This document shows positions 59,521 through 64,000 of a DNA stretch of 64,000 nt, in pieces (within the stretch, counting starts at the first letter, position 1; the number at the start of each line of letters is the position of its first letter). This DNA is from Escherichia phage ph0021: the sequence record OP557970.1; one strand, given 5' to 3'. Both the position numbers and the translations under genes were made by a program. Under the pieces are notes generated by a model. It saw only the letters and a list, made by a program, of their open reading frames with translations, was not told the DNA's origin and made no database searches.

Positions 59521-61334
59521 TGGTGCTTAACCCTATGCATGATTTCTTTATTTTTGCCGAGATTAAATCCGCGTTCGTTCGGATTTCCCAAATAACCACA
59601 TGTTCTTCTTATGGTGTTCATCTTTTTAGGATCAGTTTCTCCACAAATAGAACAAACAAATCCGTTTTCAGTAGGAGTCATTTCATGGGTACTTCCGCAT
59701 GTAAAACACTTATCTACTGGCATATTAACACCAAAATAATCTAAATGCTGTGCAGCATAATCCCAGACAGCCTCAAGACCTTTTAGGTTATTTTTCATAT
59801 CAGGAAGTTCAACATAAGAAATGTGACCACCTGTCGCAATGAAATGATATGGGGCTTCGCGAGAAATCTTTTCAAACGGAGTAATATTTTCTTCTACTGA
59901 AACATGGAAACTGTTAGTGTACCATCCTTTATCGGTAACATCTTTTACACTTCCATATTTCTCAGTATCAAGTTTACAGAAGCGATAACAAAGGTTTTCA
60001 GCAGGAGTCGAATACAAACTAAAAGCAAACCCAGTTCTTTCAGCCCATTGTTTAAGACGAGCATTCATTTTAGTTAAAATTTCCTGTCCAATATCACGAC
60101 CGACAAGAATATTCAATTCGTGAATACCAATGTATCCTAAGGACACTGAACTTCTACCGTTTTTAAATAACTCAATTATATCATCATCAGGTTTAAGACG
60201 AACCCCAAATGCACCTTCTTGGTAAAGAATAGGAGCAACAGTCGCTTTAACTCCTTTTAAGGAACTAATTCTACACATCAAAGCTTCAAAACATAAATCC
60301 ATTCGCTCATTGAACAATTCAGTAAATTTCTGTTCATTGAACTGTGTTCCAATATAAGAATCCAACGCAATACGAGGAAGATTCAGTGTTACAACACCAA
60401 GATTATTACGTCCATCAAGAATTTCATTACCGGTTGAATCTTTCCACGCGCTCAAGAAACTGCGACAACCCATTGGAGAAACAGGAATAGATGAGCCGGT
60501 GATAGCTTTATTGTTCTTAGCTGAAATAATATCAGGATACATCCTTTTGCTTGCACACTCTAGAGCAAGCTGCTTAATATCATAGTTCGGATCGTCTTTA
60601 TAAAGATTAACACCTTCTTCAACGAACATAACAAGCTTAGGGAAAATAGGAGTTATCCCATCACGACCAAGACCTTTAATACGATTTTTCAGAATTGCTT
60701 TCTGAATCATTCGTTCAGTCCAGTCAGTTCCCGTACCAAATGTAATTGTTACAAAAGGTGTTTGTCCATTTGAACTAAAGAGAGTATTTACTTCATATTC
60801 ATAAGCTTGGAATGCATCGTATACGTCTTTTTCTGTTTTAGATTGGGCATAATTCAATGCATCGGCGATTTGCCATTTTTCTGCATCCTCAATATGTTTT
60901 GCATAGGTGCGTTTAACATAAGGAGAAAGTACTTTATCTACATTAGCAAAAGTCGTTCCGCCATATTGATGGGAAGCAACTTGCGCAGTAATTTGTGCCA
61001 TAATTGCAGTAGCAACTCCAATTGATTTAGGAGTTTCAATCTGTGCATTACCTAGCTTAAATCCGTTTTCAAGCATTCCTTTTAAATCTACTAAACAGCA
61101 ATTAGTAAATGGAAGAGCAGGGGAATAATCAATATCGTGGAAATGGATAATTCCGCTTTCATGTGCTTTCATAATAAAAGACGGGACCATATTTTTGGCA
61201 ATGTGTTTAGACACAATACCAGCCATAAGGTCCCGTTGAGTTGGAAAAACACGAGAATCTTTATTAGCATTCTCGTTTAAAAGGTCTTTATTAGTTTTAT
61301 GAATCAATCCTTCAATTTCTTTTTCAATTGTCAT
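59517..61334 (-). CDS. nrdD: anaerobic ribonucleotide reductase NrdD (intronless)
   Basis: 605 aa uninterrupted ORF; C-terminal glycyl-radical region; 4-nt overlap with nrdG. Confidence 0.95.
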   Translation of the reverse strand: MTIEKEIEGLIHKTNKDLLNENANKDSRVFPTQRDLMAGIVSKHIAKNMVPSFIMKAHESGIIHFHDIDYSPALPFTNCCLVDLKGMLENGFKLGNAQIETPKSIGVATAIMAQITAQVASHQYGGTTFANVDKVLSPYVKRTYAKHIEDAEKWQIADALNYAQSKTEKDVYDAFQAYEYEVNTLFSSNGQTPFVTITFGTGTDWTERMIQKAILKNRIKGLGRDGITPIFPKLVMFVEEGVNLYKDDPNYDIKQLALECASKRMYPDIISAKNNKAITGSSIPVSPMGCRSFLSAWKDSTGNEILDGRNNLGVVTLNLPRIALDSYIGTQFNEQKFTELFNERMDLCFEALMCRISSLKGVKATVAPILYQEGAFGVRLKPDDDIIELFKNGRSSVSLGYIGIHELNILVGRDIGQEILTKMNARLKQWAERTGFAFSLYSTPAENLCYRFCKLDTEKYGSVKDVTDKGWYTNSFHVSVEENITPFEKISREAPYHFIATGGHISYVELPDMKNNLKGLEAVWDYAAQHLDYFGVNMPVDKCFTCGSTHEMTPTENGFVCSICGETDPKKMNTIRRTCGYLGNPNERGFNLGKNKEIMHRVKHQ

Positions 61335-61804
61335 TTTAAACTCTTTCTAAGCTGCTTCTTGAATGAAGCTATTAATTGTGTTTTGGTGTCAGATTCATTA
61401 TATTCAAATCCTCTTTGAAGCATCTCAGCCATCATTTCCTCTTTTCCTAAACGAGAAAATTCCTTTGATTTATCTCCAACGAAGTTAGGGTGAATATTAT
61501 TTTGGGTGTAATCGGATTTTAAATAAGTAAGTAAATTTTCTAACCATTCAAGATAATCAACCCCTTGTCCCTTTAAGCCAGAACGATTAAATTTATGCTT
61601 CATTTGGCCTTCTGCGGCATTACAGAGATTACAAAGCAATCCACGTACCTTTCCTGCTTTTGGTCCATTTAATTCATGGTCATGATCAAGATGATTAGCT
61701 TGAACATCAGGATTTAGTTCTCGTTGGCAAATTAAGCATTTACCGTTTTGCGCATCATAAAATTTCTGTTTTTCTTCTTTATATAATTTGCCAGTCAATA
61801 ACAT
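61331..61804 (-). CDS. 49: endonuclease VII (Holliday junction resolvase) gp49
   Basis: 157 aa, same as T4 gp49; zinc-binding CLICQ...CNLCN. Confidence 0.9.
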   Translation of the reverse strand: MLLTGKLYKEEKQKFYDAQNGKCLICQRELNPDVQANHLDHDHELNGPKAGKVRGLLCNLCNAAEGQMKHKFNRSGLKGQGVDYLEWLENLLTYLKSDYTQNNIHPNFVGDKSKEFSRLGKEEMMAEMLQRGFEYNESDTKTQLIASFKKQLRKSLK

Positions 61805-61846
61805 AATAAAACCCTTACCTTAAATAGATAAGGGTATTTATTATTT

Positions 61847-62332
61847 TTAAGTATTGTAAAACATTTGATTCAATCGCTTATATTGCCGAATCTTTTGGTC
61901 AGAAAAAGAAATTTGGGTTTCAAGCCATTCAATATATTCTGCCGCAGCTTGCATCAAATTTCCTTCATAGCCATCGTTATTTTCTTGTGCAGCTAATTTA
62001 GCTAATGCGTATGGAATACGTTCACCTTGAAAATCGGCTTTAGGCTTCTGAACAACTTGATTAGTTCTCTCTACAACTTCTTCAATTTCACCATTTTCTA
62101 CTGATTCAGTATTCCACAAGCACCAATACGTAGTTGGCTTATCGTAGATGTTAATAATCTTTCCATCAGAAAGTTCAATTTCAATAATTCCAGTATCAGG
62201 TTCTATATCATCTTCACATTCTTTTGCAAGTTCACGAACTTTAAAGACAGTACCTGCACTAAGTTCCGGCCAGTAATTACATAGCTCTTTATCAGCACGA
62301 TTAATTCTAAACCACTTATCTACTGTAATCAT
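61847..62332 (-). CDS. hypothetical protein (pin/49.x region)
   Basis: Track ORF begins at a non-ATG codon; trimmed to the first ATG (MITVDKWF). Confidence 0.45.
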   Translation of the reverse strand: MITVDKWFRINRADKELCNYWPELSAGTVFKVRELAKECEDDIEPDTGIIEIELSDGKIINIYDKPTTYWCLWNTESVENGEIEEVVERTNQVVQKPKADFQGERIPYALAKLAAQENNDGYEGNLMQAAAEYIEWLETQISFSDQKIRQYKRLNQMFYNT

Positions 62333-62627
62333 GTCCCATCTCCATATCAATTAAGTCATTTATTGTAGGTTCATTATATACTGTTTCTTCATCAGTGTAA
62401 ACCGGTTCTTCCGGCTCTGGCTCTACAGTTTCCCATCTAGCCGCCCACCAAGGTTTAACCCCGAAGCTTATTAAGTTCTTCATAATCAATCCAGGATTCT
62501 AATCCTGATGGCAAATCAGATTCAATTTCCCAAAGAAGTTCTTCAATTTTCTGAAGACGATCTAGTTCTTCGGCTGGAATAGTAACCATTGACGGAGTTC
62601 TTGATACACTAATATCGTAAATCATAT

Positions 62628-62843
62628 TTACCCCAATTTAACCATACAATCGCCGTATTTCCACTTAGAAATAGACTTTTCACCATTAGAATAATAAACT
62701 TCGAGTTTAGCACGATTATTTTTAATTTGAATAACCTTGGCTGTCATCAAAGTTCCATACCCATAATAAACTGCAACTTCATCACCTACATATACCGCGC
62801 TTCCGCGGTAATCATGAATATAGTCAGTTCCTTCGAGCATCAT
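62628..62843 (-). CDS. hypothetical protein
   Basis: 71-aa ORF with a 4-nt overlap with nrdC. Confidence 0.45.
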   Translation of the reverse strand: MMLEGTDYIHDYRGSAVYVGDEVAVYYGYGTLMTAKVIQIKNNRAKLEVYYSNGEKSISKWKYGDCMVKLG

Positions 62844-63103
62844 TTAAAATATTCTCGCAGTTGGTCAAATCCACCAATATGACTTCCATCAGGAGCAAAT
62901 ACCTGGGGCATTGTCAAGCCGATTTGAGTATCACGACCTAGTTTAGTCAGAAGCTCAGCGATTTTCTCATCATCAAAAACACCTTTTTCCGGCATAATGT
63001 TGATAAATTCAAACGGCTGTTTCTTCACGGTCAAAAGACGTTTTGCATTATCACAATACACACATTTATGGATGTTGCTATCATAACCATATACTTTAAA
63101 CAT
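62840..63103 (-). CDS. nrdC: thioredoxin NrdC
   Basis: 87 aa; MFKVYGYDSNIHKCVYCDNAKRLL matches T4 NrdC (CVYC active site). Confidence 0.9.
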   Translation of the reverse strand: MFKVYGYDSNIHKCVYCDNAKRLLTVKKQPFEFINIMPEKGVFDDEKIAELLTKLGRDTQIGLTMPQVFAPDGSHIGGFDQLREYFK

Positions 63104-63104
63104 A

Positions 63105-63347
63105 TTATTCCTTAATTCCTAGTACTTGTTTAAAAGTCTCGTCGTAATCAAGACTTTGGCCCGTTTGTTCTTTATGTTTGTATATAATATCACTTACTTC
63201 TGATAGCATATTTTTATATGAACGAGTTAAAGCAGATTTAAGCACGCTGTATCTATCAGGAAATTTACCATGTTCATTATAATAAGCTATTGCTAATTCA
63301 CGGACTGCCTTTTCAGCAGCCTCCATATATTCTTTACGCTTGGTCAT
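63105..63347 (-). CDS. hypothetical protein (nrdC.1 position)
   Basis: 80-aa ORF. Confidence 0.5.
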   Translation of the reverse strand: MTKRKEYMEAAEKAVRELAIAYYNEHGKFPDRYSVLKSALTRSYKNMLSEVSDIIYKHKEQTGQSLDYDETFKQVLGIKE

Positions 63348-63349
63348 TT

Positions 63350-63739
63350 TTAATCCAAAATATTATTAGGCATTGGTTGAACACCCACAAGTTCTTTAAA
63401 GAACTCAGTAGAGTCAGGCAATTTAACCATTTCCGGAGCATGCTTACTGAATTTATGTTTACATTGACGGCATTTATATTCAAGCTCTGGTTTACGCCAG
63501 TTAATCAATTGAACTTGTTCAGTACCGCATTCAGGGCAATTAGGAACGTTTTTAGAAGCTCTTTCACGCCGTTCAACCATAGCCATAATAGCATCCCATG
63601 CTGGAGGTTTAAAATCTAAATCGTCGCAGCCGTGAATCTTTCCACGCATTTCCAAATCGTCTTCTTCACCAGCCATAATAATTTTAATTAGACTGGAATT
63701 ACTTGAAGCTGCAATGTCTTCTAATAAACGCTTTTTCAT
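63350..63739 (-). CDS. hypothetical zinc-finger protein
   Basis: 129 aa with CPECG...CRQC (a CxxC ... CxxC pair). Confidence 0.5.
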   Translation of the reverse strand: MKKRLLEDIAASSNSSLIKIIMAGEEDDLEMRGKIHGCDDLDFKPPAWDAIMAMVERRERASKNVPNCPECGTEQVQLINWRKPELEYKCRQCKHKFSKHAPEMVKLPDSTEFFKELVGVQPMPNNILD

Positions 63740-64000
63740 TTCAATACCTCAATAGCATTACGTAAACCATTTGCTTTGGCGGTTAAAGCCTTAAGAACTT
63801 TAGTATGCTCTTCAATTTGTTTTTCAACTTCAATCAAACGGGCATTGAGATATTCACGTTCTTCTTTCATAGTATCATTCCCATGATTGGGTTTTGGTGC
63901 AGATTTAAATTCACTAGGGTCCTTTAACTTAATAACAAATTTAGTTTCAAACAGTGAAAGACCATAATTCGTATTATCATCAAATGATTTAACTACATCC
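63739..64000 (-). CDS. 3' portion of a minus-strand ORF that starts beyond the window end
   Basis: Open frame ending ...TAKANGLRNAIEVL then stop near 63739; no start inside the window. Confidence 0.3.

Noticed and set aside
62455-62625. Two overlapping small ORFs (about 55 aa each) between the pin-region gene and the 71-aa ORF
   Set aside because: The two frames overlap each other and the flanking genes, and neither has a clear RBS, so I cannot decide which, if either, is translated.
10283-64000. Plus-strand ORFs of 60-150 aa listed in the track within the minus-strand early region (for example 18432-18794, 21096-21344, 22344-22589, 23314-23724, 24807-25518, 40470-41235, 44368-46284, 48804-49220, 51219-51602)
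   Set aside because: Each lies antisense inside a confidently assigned conserved gene and has no RBS or promoter. They are expected in AT-rich DNA. Only the intergenic plus-strand ORF at 35620-35820 was retained.
1-64000. Prophage, defence island, CRISPR array, tRNA or integrase
   Set aside because: The gene order is collinear with the T-even lytic phage map throughout, with no direct-repeat arrays, no tRNA-like structures and no integrase or recombinase. The T4 tRNA cluster lies outside the region covered here.

Overview
This window is a segment of a T-even (T4-like, Tequatrovirus) myovirus genome. The plus strand carries the late long-tail-fiber module (genes 34, 35, 36, 37, 38) and holin t at 79-10282. 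From 10283 to the window end, about 54 kb of early/middle genes lie on the minus strand in near-perfect T4 order: asiA, arn, motA, 52, ac, stp, ndd, denB, rIIB, rIIA, 39, motB, dexA, dda, srd, modA, modB, soc, 56, 61, sp, dmd, 41, 40, uvsX, glucosyltransferase, 42, imm, 43, regA, 62, 44, 45, rpbA, 46, 47, a-gt, 55, nrdH, nrdG, nrdD, 49, nrdC. Protein identities were recognised from remembered T4 sequences and sizes; no database search was run. The phage is T2/T6-like rather than T4 itself: gp38 is a 266-aa glycine-rich adhesin, gp39 is one uninterrupted 606-aa ORF, nrdD is intronless and abuts nrdG, no segF is present, and a 282-aa DxD-type glycosyltransferase sits where T4 has beta-gt. The most unusual local features are an HNH/NUMOD endonuclease plus a lone plus-strand small membrane ORF in the 56-61 gap, an apparent frameshift in soc, and many tiny membrane-peptide genes missed by the ORF track. 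At least 13 copies of a T4-type early promoter (GTTTAC, 18 bp spacer, TGG-TAnnAT) and recurrent GGGCC-GAAG-GGCCC-type hairpins punctuate the minus strand. No tRNA, rRNA, CRISPR array or integrase was seen. Coordinates for small ORFs I added by hand may be off by a few bases.
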